DNA of 64,000 nucleotides from Hypanus sabinus (Eukaryota): NCBI RefSeq assembly GCF_030144855.1, contig NC_082712.1:136772001-136836000 (forward strand), given 5' to 3'. A model generated the notes under the pieces. That model saw nothing but the letters and a program-made list of their open reading frames with translations, searched no databases and had not been told where the DNA came from. A program made the translations under genes and the position numbers. The first letter of the stretch is position 1, and every line of letters starts with the position of its first letter. Positions 48,151 through 61,904 of the stretch are shown in pieces.

Positions 48151-49097
48151 GTCCTAAAGCTTTAGTATTCCACCTGAACCTAAGATAAATACCTGGATCC
48201 ATGAAAAAGACAAGCTTTCTTTCAGCATTGTATCATCCAATTCCTTGACTCAGCCCAATTTTAGCTTAAACTTTCACTGAGACAATAATTCTAGCCTCAA
48301 CCACTGCAATAATTTGTGGCCTACCTCTAATTCCTGCATTCAGTAAATGTTAGCTTATTTAAAACTATTTCCTGCACCTTAATTCTTCTTCCTTCACCAA
48401 TAATAATTTATCTTCATTTCCAGACAGCAGTGTCACTGGCAGTCAGGACTTCAGCCACTTAACTTGTATATGTTTTGGAACTTGCTTCAGAAGCTTCTAA
48501 GGCTCTGTACTACCTTGGTGCCTTACAATTCACCTCAAAACCTATCAGATTCTTTAGTTTATTCTTGTTATGAAACAATTAAGAGCATTTGGAAGCACCT
48601 CTCTGCAACTCACACATTCCAACAGTTCCGTTAATGTACTAACAAGGGTGACTGACAAATGACGATAAAATCAGAAACATAGCAGAATAAAAGTGAAGAT
48701 GAATTTTACATTAAAACAGAGGGCACATTGAAACATTGGTCAGAAATAATCAATAAATTAATTACTGATATAATTATTTCCTACTTTAATTATTACCAAG
48801 TCAACACTTTATCCCCACACCTTCACCGAGATCATAAAATATAGCTTTATGTTTTTTTTAGCACAAATCAGAGGTCATTGCATGTGACCTCTACCTTAAT
48901 ATCTTTAAAAAAATCATACCACAAGAACAATAAATTATTTGACTGTAAAACAAGGAATTTGGTGTTAGTGCTTAAATTAAGATGCTTAAACTTCTAGAAG
49001 TTCTTTTTCTGAGCTGATTCCAAGATAATCTAAATATCATAGTTAAAACAATAGTAAAACATGATACACAATATGAACTAATACATTATGACTGTAC

Positions 49098-49472
49098 CTT
49101 TTATGCTTAGCGTAACACCCTTCTGTATATTTGAACCTGTGGACGGATGTTGAGCTTCACAAATATACTCTGTGTCATGGTCTTCCTGAATGGTTGGTAT
49201 AAACGCAAGAACACTTAAGATACTGTAAGTATGGTCTTCATATTTCACCTCATTTAGCGTATGGGAATATTTGGGAAGATTTGTTTCATTCCCAGCAAAT
49301 TTTTGAAATTGTGGCCCATATTTCACAATTTCTTTCAATTTGTCATTCTTCTTCTGGTACCAAGTGATAGCCAGTGGTCTTGGCTTAAATACATCAATTG
49401 GACAGGACAATTCGAACAATTCTTCATGAATGATGCAAGGAGGTACTAGAATGGCTGTCATCTTTGGTTCAA
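49098..49472 (-). CDS. Gene B post-TM C1-like domain 2 (long)
   Basis: aaacag|TTGAACCA...ATAAAAG|gtacag; 375 nt; LSCPIDVFKPRPLAITWY...DHTYSILSVL...YICEAQH. Confidence 0.9.
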
Positions 49473-49828
49473 CTGTTTTTTTTATTGAGAAGAAAGAAAA
49501 GGGTATAATATTTAATGTCATCAGCCCACAACATTGTCTTAATTTGCAAAAGATAAAATAAACTGAGGGGTTTATTAATTACATAAATAAACCTTCAGTT
49601 TTCTTAAATGTTGCAAATAGAGTATAAATAAAAATACAGCAATTTTAACAGAAGCTGCACCTTTCTGTTAAAATTTACTGCCGAGTACTTCAGGCTTATA
49701 AGATATAACTACAAAAAGATTGCAAATTTTAAAAAGGATATAGTAATACAAAAAAGTCAAAAGACAAAGAGAAAACATGAGTGAAGATTCAAGAATTTCA
49801 AAAAAATCTGTTAAACTAAGACATTGTA

Positions 49829-50435
49829 CAAGGGGTGATTGATAAGTTCATGGCCTAAGGTAGACAGAATCACTTTTAAAAAACCTAGCACATTTATTTT
49901 TCAATATAGTCTCCTCCTACATTTACACACTTAGTTCAGCGGTTGTGGAGCATACGGATCTTGGACCTGCAGAAAGTATCCACAGCATGGGTGATTGATA
50001 GGTTTGTGGCTAAGGTAAAAGGAGATGAGTTCTACAGCTCTTACATGCACGTGCAGTTCAACTCTTTCAGTGATTATAAAGAAAGTTTGGTTAATAACTC
50101 ATCTCCTTCTACCTTAGGCTACAAGCTTAACAATCACCCCAGATGAGTTATTAACTTATGAGTTATCAACTTCAAACTTTCTGCATAATCACTCCAAGAG
50201 TTGAACTGCATATGCATGTAACAAGAGCTGTATAACTCATCTCCTTCTACCTTAGGCCACAAACTTATCAATCACCCCTGCTGTGGACACTTTCTGGAGG
50301 TCCAAGATCCGTATGCTCCACGACCGCTGGACTGTGTGTAAATGTAGGAGGGGACTACGTTAAAAAGTAAATTTGCTAGGTTTTCTAAAATTGACCCCTC
50401 CTACCTTAGGCCACAAACTTATCAATCACTCCTTG
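49829..50435. mobile_element. Tc1/mariner-type fold-back MITE, TA TSD
   Basis: TA|caaggggtgattgataagtt...aacttatcaatcactccttg|TA; about 260-bp inverted arms with internal copies of the TIR. Confidence 0.88.
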
Positions 50436-51459
50436 TACATGGCCATAAATATAGGGCTAAAAAGTTACTGATAACTTACTTATACAAAACCTGTATTCAA
50501 TATTATAGCTCTTTTACTATATATCTTACAAACTTCTACTCTCCAGAGCCTATAATCAAATTGTAGTACACAAATGAAACAGCCGCTCTTAAAAAGGTCT
50601 CATTCAACAAATTTATCTAATACAAATATGGTCTCACCAGAACTTAGTTGGGGATCAATCTGAGTACATGGCAATTATCATCGTCCCTCTCCTACCTGCA
50701 AACTAAAAGTGTGATACTATCCTGCACAAAAAGTTGTGAGAAGGATAAAATATGCAACAGTTTTATAGACATTAAAAATGAGGTAATGTTGCTTTTTGGA
50801 ATGAACTGAATAGCAGTAGCTGAATTTAATGCTATTCTTACCTACAGTTCGCAATACAATTTGAGTGTCTACAATGTGTTAGATTGATAGTTGCAAAATA
50901 CAGAAATTTAATTCCCTTTGCCTCTAATTCTCTCTTGCTGTCCTGGAGTATTTACAAAGTGCTGAATTTAAGTTGATGAGGATTTATTTAAAGTCAGTTC
51001 AGTCAGGAAACAATGCAACTGGAAATCTGTATCCTCCTTTTTATCAACCTTTCCACAATCATTCTCATCAGTTCACTGAGAAAATTTGGCCCATAAAATT
51101 GTACTTGGTTTAGTTAAATATTTTGCAAAATAGAACTGAATTCAAATGACATCAAAAACAGAATATCAATGTGTGTCCATCATCTCCACCATAACTGCTG
51201 AACTAGAAACAACTGAGCAGCACTAGACCTTTGAATCTTTCACCCTTTTAAAAACTCTGCATTCCTATTTTTTCTACTAATGGATGACTTCATATTTTTC
51301 TGTATTATACTCCACCTGCTATGTCCTATCTCTTTCACTTAACCTATGCTATATCTAGCAGAGGCCATTCTATATCTTCCTAACAGCTCATACTGCCCCC
51401 TCCAGCTTTGTTTCAACAGCTAATTATGGATATATTACACTAGGTCCCTTCATTCAAAT

Positions 51460-52120
51460 CACTAATATAAATCAGAATCAGACTTATTATCATTGATATA
51501 AGTCATGGCATTCGTTGCTTTGTAGCCACAGTACTGTGCAGGCATAACAAATGTTCGTTGGCTGATCAAAGTAACAAGATGGTTCCTGGATCATTTGGAA
51601 ATCTGATGGCAGAGGGGGGAAAAAAAAACTGTTCCTAAAATGCTGTGTCTGTGTCCTCAGGCTCCTGTGCTTCTGTTATGATTGCATCCGGATTTTGGGC
51701 CCAGGATGTTGGGCCTGAGATGTTGCTGAAACTGCTCACCCTTTCCAGCCCTGAACCAACAGCACAGAATGGCCCTTGTTCTCCCAATGTCAGCTTCCTG
51801 AAGACTACAATCAATTTGCTGGTCATGCTGATGTTGAGTGCAAGGTTGTTACTGCTTCACCACTCGACCAGTTGATTTACTTGGCTCCTTAATGCTTCAT
51901 ATCACCATCTGAGACTGCCCACAACAATGGTGTCAGCAGTGAATTATAGATAACACTTGAACTGTACCTAGCCAGGCTGCCATGAGTGTGGGGGGAGACG
52001 AGCAGTGGGATCAGCTACATTCTTGAGGTGCACCTGTGTAGATAGTCAGGAGGAGGAGATATTAAATTATAAACATCTGATGCCACAGAATTGATCCCTG
52101 GAGCACCGCACTAGTCGAAG
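51460..52120 (-). mobile_element. Degraded Rex1-like LINE fragment
   Basis: Similar to the reverse complement of 33100-33850 (vftk..lg eqg, fadd.ivvg). Confidence 0.55.
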
Positions 52121-52479
52121 CCTCCAAGCCCAAAAATGACCTGCACTCTTTTTCCCCTCTCTGTTACATAACTCACAATTCAGAGATAAACATTGCTTCC
52201 AATTGTGTGTGCGGTAATTTTATGTAATAATTGCTTGTCTAGTACAGTATCTATAGAAAGCCTCTCAAAGTCCAAGTATACCTGTCCTTTAAATTAAGTG
52301 ACACTAGTCCTTGTTGGGATACCAGTGAGTGCATATTGTAATAAAATGGATGATAGAAAAATGGAGAGCTATATAAGAGAGAAAGCTTAGACTGATCTTA
52401 AGAGCAAGTTAAAACATTGTCACAACATGATGGAATGACGAGCCTATAATAGCATTTCCTCCTTGCAGATAACCACCAA

Positions 52480-53330
52480 AGGCATACCTCAACTATGTGT
52501 GCTTAGCCTACTGCTCTAATCCATCTACACATATGACTGTGACTAGGTAGCCCTCAAATGCTATCTTTAAATTTAATACCACTGTTTAAGGCAGAATCTC
52601 AGATGTTGAAAAGTATATGAGTGAGATGGATTGGCTTGTTGAGTGCAGTCACAACACCAACTTTGCACAAAACATCAGCAAGACAAAGGAACTGATTGTA
52701 GCCTTCAGGAAGGGGAAGTCGAGGGAACACACACCAGTCCTCACTGAGCAGTCACTGTTGCAAAGGGTGGGCAACTTCAACAAGTCAGAGGGTCTATCTT
52801 GGACCCAACACATTGTTGTAACCATAAAGGAGGAATATCAGTAACTCTTTTTCATTAGGAGTCTGAGAAGATTCAGTATGCGACCAAAGACTTGCAAATT
52901 TCTACACGTACTGTATAGAGCATTCTCACTGGTTGCCTAACAACCTGATATGGAGCCTCCAATGCCTCCAAAAGAGGCTACAGAGGGTTGTAGACCCAGC
53001 CAGTTTCATTGCGGGGATAACCCTCCTCATTGCTGAGGATACCTTCAAAAGAAGTAGTGCTTCAAAAAGGCAGCGTCAATCATTAAGGACTCTCACCATC
53101 TGGGATGTGACCTTTTCACAGTACTATCATTGGGGATCAGGTAAAGGAGCCTGAAGACCCATGCTCCATGATTTAGGAACAGCTTTTTCTCTCTGTCATC
53201 AGATTTCTCAATAGACCATGAACTCATGAATACTACTTCCTTACTCGTCTTTCTCTCCGTTTGTTTATTTTGTAACTTGCAGTATTTTTTATTTCATGAA
53301 TATGCCAGAGATAATAAGCTTGATTCTGAA
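52480..53330 (+). mobile_element. Degraded Rex1-like LINE fragment
   Basis: NISKTKELIVAFRKG, LQRVVDPASFI. Confidence 0.65.
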
Positions 53331-53613
53331 ATTAAACACTGGTAGTGCAGTGCTTACAAAGCAGTTAAGAATAAACAAGTAGATGGAGAAATTTGTAACT
53401 TCATGTGTTCATTGTAATTTTCTAATCAGAAGCATGTTTATACTACACTGGCATACTATACATTGTGAAATTTGTAAGTCATGCAAAACAGAAAGGAAAA
53501 AAATACTGATCCAGTCATGATAATTTCATTTTTCACCCTTCTGAAACCATTCTATAATTAATTAATTTTACTAATGACAAATATTCAGTTATTTTCATTG
53601 TTTTCTTACTTAC

Positions 53614-54033
53614 TTCCTTCAACTTGCAATGTGATGGTCTTAACAATAGGCTTTCTATAATTGCTACAATGCAAAACATGAAGGGAAAGGACAGCTTCAT
53701 TATTTTCTTCAATATTAGGGCAGAAGATAACTTTACACTTCAGACTGGAGGTACCATCACTGTTTGTGACAGCTGACATCTCAAATGCAAAAGCTTCCAC
53801 TGGACATTCAGAACTTGAAATAAGTTTCTGCTGATCCATCTCCTCTGGTGCTTTCAAGTTCTCTGACAGAGAAGTCCACTCGTGAATCATATGTTGTATT
53901 CCATCCTTTTTTTGTAGGAACCATTTAATATAAATATTTGAAGGTTTATATCCAGATATATCACAAGTCAGAACAGTTTCTTCCAAATGTACAATGCGTG
54001 GAGGCAGGCTGATATCAGAAACTTTAGGAGGTA
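53614..54033 (-). CDS. Gene B post-TM C1-like domain 1 (long)
   Basis: ttttctag|TACCTCCT...GAAGGAA|gtaagt; 420 nt; (V)PPKVSDISLPPRIVHLEETVLTCDISGYKPSNIYIKWF...NSDGTSSL...VLSLHVLH; F-strand Cys absent. Confidence 0.9.
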
Positions 54034-55279
54034 CTAGAAAAATATTTTAAAAAGTTATTCTTTTTTGCAAGACAGTTTTGTTACTTTAAAGCTATCAGAA
54101 TAATCATACAACTACACCAAACATCTGCTCACATAAATATGACTAGGCAATGCATAGCTTAACATTGCACCAAATAAAAAAGTATGAAACAATTGAGTCT
54201 ATCCCAATTATGGTGATCTCCAAGTTTAAAAACGATATAAAAATGGACCCACAATTAGATCAAAGACAAAAATGAAGCCAAAGCAAATATCAGGATGGAA
54301 AGACATTAGAATTGGAAATCCAGAGGTTATTAATGCACAGTGAAAGATAATACACAAGAGTCAAGAAAAGGTAGGCATAAACAAAAAATTTTTTTTTTAA
54401 ATCGGGCAGTGTGTGAGAAATATCAGTTGACAAAGGTATCAGGCTGATGCAAGCCAAGTCTTAAAGTACAAGCTTCTAAAAGGGGAGAGAGACAAATTGT
54501 TTGCATGTGAACAGGGATGCTTTGGTGGATTGAGCCCAAACAACATAGACAAACCAGTGAGATCAAAAGTTTGGAAGGTATTCACTCAAGCATCATCATG
54601 TGAAAGCCACTTCCCTTTACATGAATCCACTTTTCTTCATTCACCGTTTGACTAATCAGATCTGATCACACTTTTAGCAAATTACCATGTCCACACCCAC
54701 ATTTACAATGAATACTATCTCTGTAACAAAGCCACTTGAAGAAATTTAGCAAACAGGTTCCCACAAATTATTCATAAAACGTTCGGAAATTTTTTTTGTT
54801 TTCCAGAGCTAATATTTCTAAAAACTGAAATAAGGAATTCAACAAATAGTCTATTTAAAGATACTCATGAATGCTTTACATTAAAATTATTGAATATGAT
54901 GCCTGATATACTTGCTCAGCCTCAGCTTTGAAATTACCCATTTTACCAAATCTAGGATTTTAACTTAAATTTCAATTTTGTGCAAAGCATTGTATTTCCC
55001 AGGGTGTATTAGTCACAGTCCAGCATAACATGAGCTCTTTTTATTCTCTGTGTAACAGCACATTTCCACTTTTTGCAATCACAGGATAAACATTGTGCAT
55101 TGATTTAGCTATCTGGCATATATGCTTTTTTTTCTCTGATCTGTGCAAGTGTGAAACTATACAAATTAATCAAAATGCAGCAACTCCCACGTGACACCAG
55201 CAGGTGGGGACACAATAATATGGATGTGTTATGTGCATTGCATCTCTAATACAATAAAATGTTCCAAGTCTTCACAGAA

Positions 55280-57595
55280 GCATTATTAAATAAAATGTGA
55301 CACAGAGCCACATGGAGTAACTGAGGATAATCCTGAGAATGGGGCAACACAGGACTGGAAGGCGTAGAATCTTGTGGGTAGAGGTAAGAAACTGCAAATG
55401 TAAAAAGACCTTGACAGGAGGTAAATACAGACCTTCGAACAATAGCCGGGCTGTAGGCAACAAATTACAATGGAAGGTGGAGTAGCAAAGGCACGTCAAA
55501 AGGGCAAAGTTACAATAGTCATGGGGGAGCTCAACATGAAGGTAGATTGGGAAAACCAGGTTGGTGCTGGATCCCAGGAGAGATAACGTAGAGAATGCTG
55601 ACAAGATGTTTTTTTAAAGCAGCTTTTGGTTGAGCTCACTAGGAAGTCTGTTATTCTGGATTAGGTGTTGTATAATGAACCAGATTTGATAAGGGAGCTT
55701 AAATTAAAGGAACCCTAGGAAGGCAGTGATAATATGATAGAATTCAGCCTGCAATCTGAGAAGGAGAAGTTAAAGTCAGACGTATCAGTATTAAAGAAGA
55801 TTAAAAGGAATTACAGAGACATAAGCAAGGAGCCAAAGTTGACTGGAAAGGGACAGTCGCGGGGATGACTACAGAGTGGCAATAGCTGGAGTTTCTGGGA
55901 GCAATTGGGAAGGTGCAGGAATAGATACATCCTATACTCTAATGGCAAGATAATATAAAGACGGCTGACAAGGGAGTCAAAGAGAAAAAAAGCAAAAAAA
56001 GGGCATATAATAAAACAAAAATTAGTGGGAAGTTAGAGGATTGGGAAGCTTTTAAAAAACAACAGAAAGCAATGGAAAAGGCCATATGGCGCAAAAAGAT
56101 GAAATATTAAGATAAGCTATTGCAAAAACAAAACCAAACATTTTTCAGATATATACAGAGTAAAAGAGAGCTGAGAGTAGATATTAGACCACTGGAAAAT
56201 GATGCTGGAGAGGTAGTAATGAGGGACAAGCAAATGGTGGATGAACCAAATAAGTATTTTGCATCAGTCTTAACTGTGGAAGACACTAGACTATGCCAGA
56301 ACTTTGAGATCATCAGGAGGCAGAAGTGCAATTGCTATCACTAGGGAGAAGCTGCTTGGAAAACTGAAATGTCTGAAGGTAGTTCAGTCACCTGCACTAC
56401 ACCCAAAAGTTCTGAAAGAGTAGCTTAAAAGATTGTGGCATTAGTAACGATCTTTCAAGAAGCAATAGATTATGGCATAGTTCCAGTGGACTGGAAAATG
56501 GTAAATGTCACTCCACTCTCGAAGAAGGGAGAGAGGCAGAAGAAAGGAAACTACTGGTCAGTGAGCCTGACCTCAGTGGTTGGGAAGATGTTGGAGTTGA
56601 TGGTTAAGGATGTAGTTTCGGGGTACTTTGAGGCACAGGATAAAATAGGCCAACGTCAGCTTGTTTTCTTTAAGGGAAAATCTTGCCTGACAAATCTGTA
56701 GGAACTTTTTGAGAAAATAACAAATAGGATAAATAAAGCAGAATCAGTAAATATTGTATACTTGGGTTTTCTGATTGCCTTTGACAAGGTGCCACAAATG
56801 ACATTGCTTATCAAGATAAAAGCCCAAGGTATTACAGAGAAGATAGGGTTAGAGCATTGGCTATTTGGGAGCCTTTTCTGATTGGCTGCTGGTGATTAAC
56901 AGTGTTCCACAAGTGTTGGCATTGTTACTGCTTCTTTTTATGTTGTACATTAATGATCGGAAGATGGAATTGATGCTTTGTAGCAAATTTGTGGATGATA
57001 TGAAGATAGGTGGAGGGACAGATAGTGCTGAGAAAGCAGGGAGACTGCAGATGGACAGACATATTAGAAGAATAGGCAAGAAAGTGGCAGATGGAATATA
57101 GTGTAGGGAAGTGTACGCTCATGCACTATCAAGGAATAAAGGAGCAGACTATTTTCTAAACGGGGAGAAAATTCAAAAATCCAAGGTGAAGAGGGACTTG
57201 GGAGTCCTTGTGCAGGATTCCCTGAAGGTTAATCCATTGAATGTTGAAAGGCCTAGATAGAGTGGATGTGGAGATGATATTTCTTGTGGTTGGGGGAGGG
57301 GGGGGGGTCTAGGACCAGAAGATACAGCCTCAGATTAGAGGGATGTCTGTTTAGAACAGAGATGAGGAGGGATTTCTTTACCCAGAGAGTGGTAAATCTG
57401 TGGAGTTCCTTGCCTCAGTTGGCTATGGAGGCCAAGTCACTTGGAGTATTTAAGGCAGAGGCCGATAGTTTCTTGATCAGTCAAGACATAAATGTTATGT
57501 GGAGAAGTCAGGACAATGGGGCTGAGAGGGAAATGGATCAGCCATAATAAAATCTCAGAGCAACCTCGATGGGCCATAATTCTGCTCTTACGTTC
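55280..57595 (+). mobile_element. CR1 LINE ORF2, degraded
   Basis: APE-like and RT-like fragments (NYWSVSLTS, KFVDDMKIGG, RTEMRRDFFTQRVV). Confidence 0.85.
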
Positions 57596-58173
57596 TGTGG
57601 TTTTACGGATAGTGGCTAAATCTTGGACAAAGTCATGGCTCTTAATAAGTATCATAAAGAAGGAATGCAGAGAGCAAATTCCAGAACTGCATAATCAACA
57701 GCCAATGGAGGCAACAAGCTTAAAAGTGACACATAAACCTTATTATATAGCATAAAACATAATAGATTTTAGTCAACTTTGTTTCTAAAAGGTAAAATAA
57801 GGAAAGCGGGCCAGGAATGTATCCTTTTTATTTCACATGTATCTGTTGTATAGACTTTATAGCTTTAAACTGAAAAATTCTTAAGTAAACACAACGTGGC
57901 TCATGCACAATACCAAATGTAGTGTTTCTTGACATGGAAAAGTCTGAATTTTGCTTTCTAGTAAAAAATTTTAGATCAAGTTTAATTTAAACTTTAAGAT
58001 TCTTAATCAAATAGACCTACCTTATCAGGCCTCCATGCTTAAATGCTGCAAATAGTGAAGGAGTTACTGCAATGAGCCTAGAAGCTGAATTGACGACTTG
58101 TCACAAAGAAATACATTTTAAACAAATACTTTCCCAGGGATCAGCTAAGAATTACCTGATTGGTAAGATGCAT

Positions 58174-59119
58174 TGTTATGAGTGATGAACAGACCTGATG
58201 GACAATGGGGTGCAGAGTTAACCATTCCCAACCCCCCTCCTGAGAACTACGAACTATTGCTGTTGCTATGCTGCTCATGAGAGAGAGAGATAAAGCCCAG
58301 GCAAGAACATCTGCTACAGATAAGAGGGGGAGAGAGACTGTTGATTTACTGTATTTTGACTCTTCCTGGATTATTTACCTTCCACTACAAGGACTTTACT
58401 TTGCTCGTTAACATTCCTCAGGAGACAGCAGAAGTGGCCTGATTTGATGGACACGGTCATTCAGAGTTGATGTATAGCTGAGACCCCCGTGAGTGGGGAT
58501 AAAAGACAGGTCTGGAGAGACACCCTTCAGACCCACCAGTGGACACTGACTGGGTGTTGGGGACCCACAGAAAGGTGGGGGCTTCAGAGACCGAATCAGG
58601 AGATCGGTCAGTAAAGCTCACAGTGTTATAGCAGGGCCGGTGGGGACTTGTGTGTGTGTGTCCCCTCATGCCAGAATGATGAGTCTGCCACAGAAGAACG
58701 GTCTAGCTGAAGAACAGAGGGGTCATAACTGAATGACCACAACGATACGACAGATTAAGAAAGCCATAGAAGGTTTGCCTGCCGCAGCTGTTGCTGTTAC
58801 ATCTCGCTCGCTCCCCCTCTCTCTCTCTCCAATGATTTCAATATAACAACCATAACCATCTCAGCATTTATGAACTGAACTCTATACTTCCCTATGAAAA
58901 TTCATTTACCCCTAGACATTGATAGAGCTTGTTTATTATTGATTATTATTATTCCTACACTTTTAAGTTTATTACTGCTAACTTGTTTTATATGTATATT
59001 TGCATTTTTGATATTGTATTGTGTAGTTTATTAATGAACACCTTTAGTTTGGCACCACCAGACTCCAACGGATTCTTCTTTCTCTGCTGGTCAGACACCC
59101 AGTTACGGGGTACGCAGCA
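58174..59119 (+). mobile_element. 946-bp solo LTR (same family as 40363-41309), 4-bp TSD GCAT
   Basis: tgttatgag...tacgcagca; GCAT at 58170-58173 and 59120-59123. Confidence 0.9.
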
Positions 59120-59212
59120 GCATTTAAGGCAATGTAGTGCATTTGAATAAGTGTGAGAGACACAGAAAAGAGTTAAATATTCATGTTTCAGATGTACTGA
59201 AGCATATTTTAC

Positions 59213-59329
59213 CTTTTCTGAAATATCGCAGATACATCATAAATCCAATGATCATGATCAGTGAACATATTAGTAGAACAGCAAACACACTGCCAGCTAT
59301 TATTTTCCCTGGTATAACAACTTCTGGCT
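59213..59329 (-). CDS. Gene B transmembrane exon
   Basis: ttttacag|AGCCAGAA...AGAAAAG|gtaaaa; 117 nt; (E)PEVVIPGKIIAGSVFAVLLICSLIMIIGFMMYLRYFRK. Not in the ORF track on this strand. Confidence 0.9.
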
Positions 59330-60099
59330 CTGTAAAAAAAATGGAGCTTTAATAATGGATATTTACATGTTTAATTTATTCAAAAACAATGGTTAATCTT
59401 AAAGTTGGACAATAATTTTGGCTTACAGATTCTTCAGAATTGTGTTAATATTAATTTATCTTCCTTTGCCATTGATAACAAGCATTTCTTGACTTTACAT
59501 AAGCTTTAGAACATTATATTTTTAAAATCACAGTACAAGATAATTTCATAAATGTACAAAACTAGCAAAACCGCAAAACCCATCTGGTTCATAAATTCCC
59601 TTCACAACAAGAAACCTGCCATCGTGACCTGGTCTGGCTTAGATGAGTTTCCAAACTTTCCAATGTGATTGACTCTTTTATGTGCCCTCTAAACAAGTAC
59701 CACTATATTAAAACATAGAAAGCATGAATCAAGTGAGCCACCCAGCATCCACATAGGCATCAAAATCCGATGCAGCAAACTAGCTCCCAGCTTGTCAAAT
59801 TTGCAAAGTCCTCTACACAAAAATCTGCTCGCTGGGAAATTTCTCTACAGACTAGCTGAGAAGCAGCCTTACATAATCATGTGCATGCAATTATAAGATG
59901 CCTGATTCTTTGATCATAATCCATTGGTGCATCCTGTTCACTGCCCTTTAAAGAATCCTTCAATATGAGTCTATTAACTAGCAATGTCTCACTACACAAG
60001 ACTAGAACCAGAAAAACTACTATCCCAGTTTGTGCAAAGATCACTTGATTTAGACAACTCTCTCAAATGCATTTGATGAATTGGGTCTGTAGCTACATT

Positions 60100-60440
60100 T
60101 CCCAGAGCCATAGAAAAAGTACAGAACAGAAATAGGCCCTAATTCTCATCTTGTCTATGCTGAATCATTTAAGCTGCCTACTCCCATTGACCTGCACCAG
60201 GACTATAGTCCTCCATACCCGTACAATCCATGTAACTATCCAAACTTCTCTTAAACAGTGAAATCAAGCTTGCATGCAATATTTGTGCATGCTGGCAGCT
60301 CATTCCACACTGTCACTCTGAGTGAAGAAATTTCCCCCCATGTTCTCATGTTCCCCTTAAACTTTTCACCCCTAATCCTTGACCTCCCAGCCACCCAAAT
60401 TACATATCCTAAGTTCATCTGGCCTCAACTAAAAAAATAA
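60100..60440 (-). mobile_element. CR1 LINE 3' end fragment
   Basis: catagaaaaagtacag tail and a 3' UTR similar to 26255-26530. Confidence 0.7.
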
Positions 60441-60853
60441 CATCCCCCACAATTAGTACCTTACAAGCTTTTTTTTTGTTATAAACTTCCAGTTTGAAGG
60501 TTTTTATTATTCTTTTGTGCTCCAAACATTTATACTAAAATGTCTTTTAATTTCTAGTGAAAACCTTATGATTAAAAAAGCTGCTAATAGAAGCATGAAA
60601 CTGCATTTGTAAATATTCCTTGGGTAAAGAAATCTGCCATGCTCATTTATTCATAATTCCAGATCTAGCAATCTGGTAGAATCTTAACTATCTTCTCAGT
60701 CCAGGGACAAATGGGGATGGTCAACATTATCATTAAGATCCACAACCCATGAGCAAAGTAATAAAGTCTCATAACACTTTAGCCTTCACTTTATGCCTGT
60801 ATTTTCTATTACAAACAAACTTAATGTGCACATAAAATAAACTCAACACTTAC

Positions 60854-61174
60854 CTGTTACACTCAGAGTGGTTTCCAACCTTTCACCATTACGAAGTGAT
60901 CTGTGTCTCACAAAACATACGTAAATATTAGCATTATCTTGGAGCGATGGCTGTAACCTCATACGACTAGAAACACTGTAGGTTCCATCATTATTTTTAA
61001 TTGGGGATCCTGTGCAGATATCCTTCAGAATCTTTTCTTCTCCACCTCTAGATTTCTTTAACCAGCTCATCTCAATTTTCAAGGGATAAAAACCGGTACT
61101 GTCACAGTTTACTGATTTTTCAGTACCATTCTCAATTGTGATGTTGGTTGAAGATAATGTCACAGTTGGTATGG
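60854..61174 (-). CDS. Gene B Ig C1-set exon (extracellular)
   Basis: ctttacag|CCATACCA...GTAACAG|gtaagt; 321 nt; VNCDSTGFYP..IEMSWLK...KNNDGTYSVSS...YVCFVRHRSL. Confidence 0.93.
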
Positions 61175-61904
61175 CTGTAAAGGTATAATAGATAATCATT
61201 TAATATCAAATACAATTTGCATCTATTGAGTCAAACAATTACTGCATGTGTTAAAATGTTCACAGTTGCAGATAGCCCTTCCTGATAATTAAAGTGATAA
61301 GATCTAAGTTAATCACGTCGCTACTCTCAGGACTCAAACTTGTGTGATTTTGCCATTCTGTAGTTTAATGCACAAAATACCAAACATGTAAATGGTAATA
61401 GGAAGTTGAGCATGAATATTAAACATCATCTTATCACTGGTCTGACCATCATCTTAAAACAGAGTACACCTGAGACAATCTCTTGAGCACCAGATTTCAA
61501 TATCTATTGACAGGTTTATTCCTTCCACATTCATGAATAGAGGTATTCATATAATTATGATAGAGCAAGACAAGATTTATTTTATTTGCAGTAGAGAAAG
61601 CATTTTATATCTTAGAAGCCCAGTGTCCATCTTGCAACAGCATTTCCAAAATCTCATTTTGGAGATAATCTGCAACTATATTAAGACATTTGTAAGTAAA
61701 ATAAATGGCAAAACACTGTTTGAAAATGTACCTTGTTAACAGAATTCTAATTATCAGCACAAAAAAAATCACAGGTCATCACCTTGTCCAGATGCTCTGT
61801 ACATCACCATATTATATTATAAATTTCACCACCAGTGTGAATATTTATTAATAATGTTCCAAAATTGCAACTATGGCAACACTTTGCTGATTTAGTTAAA
61901 GGAT

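Noticed and set aside
58021-58130. Donor-like AAG|gtaggt suggesting a small exon between the TM exon and domain 1
   Set aside because: The candidate has stops in the phase-1 frame, and the TM and domain-1 exons already join in frame.
59137-59352. Plus-strand 71-aa ORF
   Set aside because: It is the antisense shadow of the gene B TM exon.
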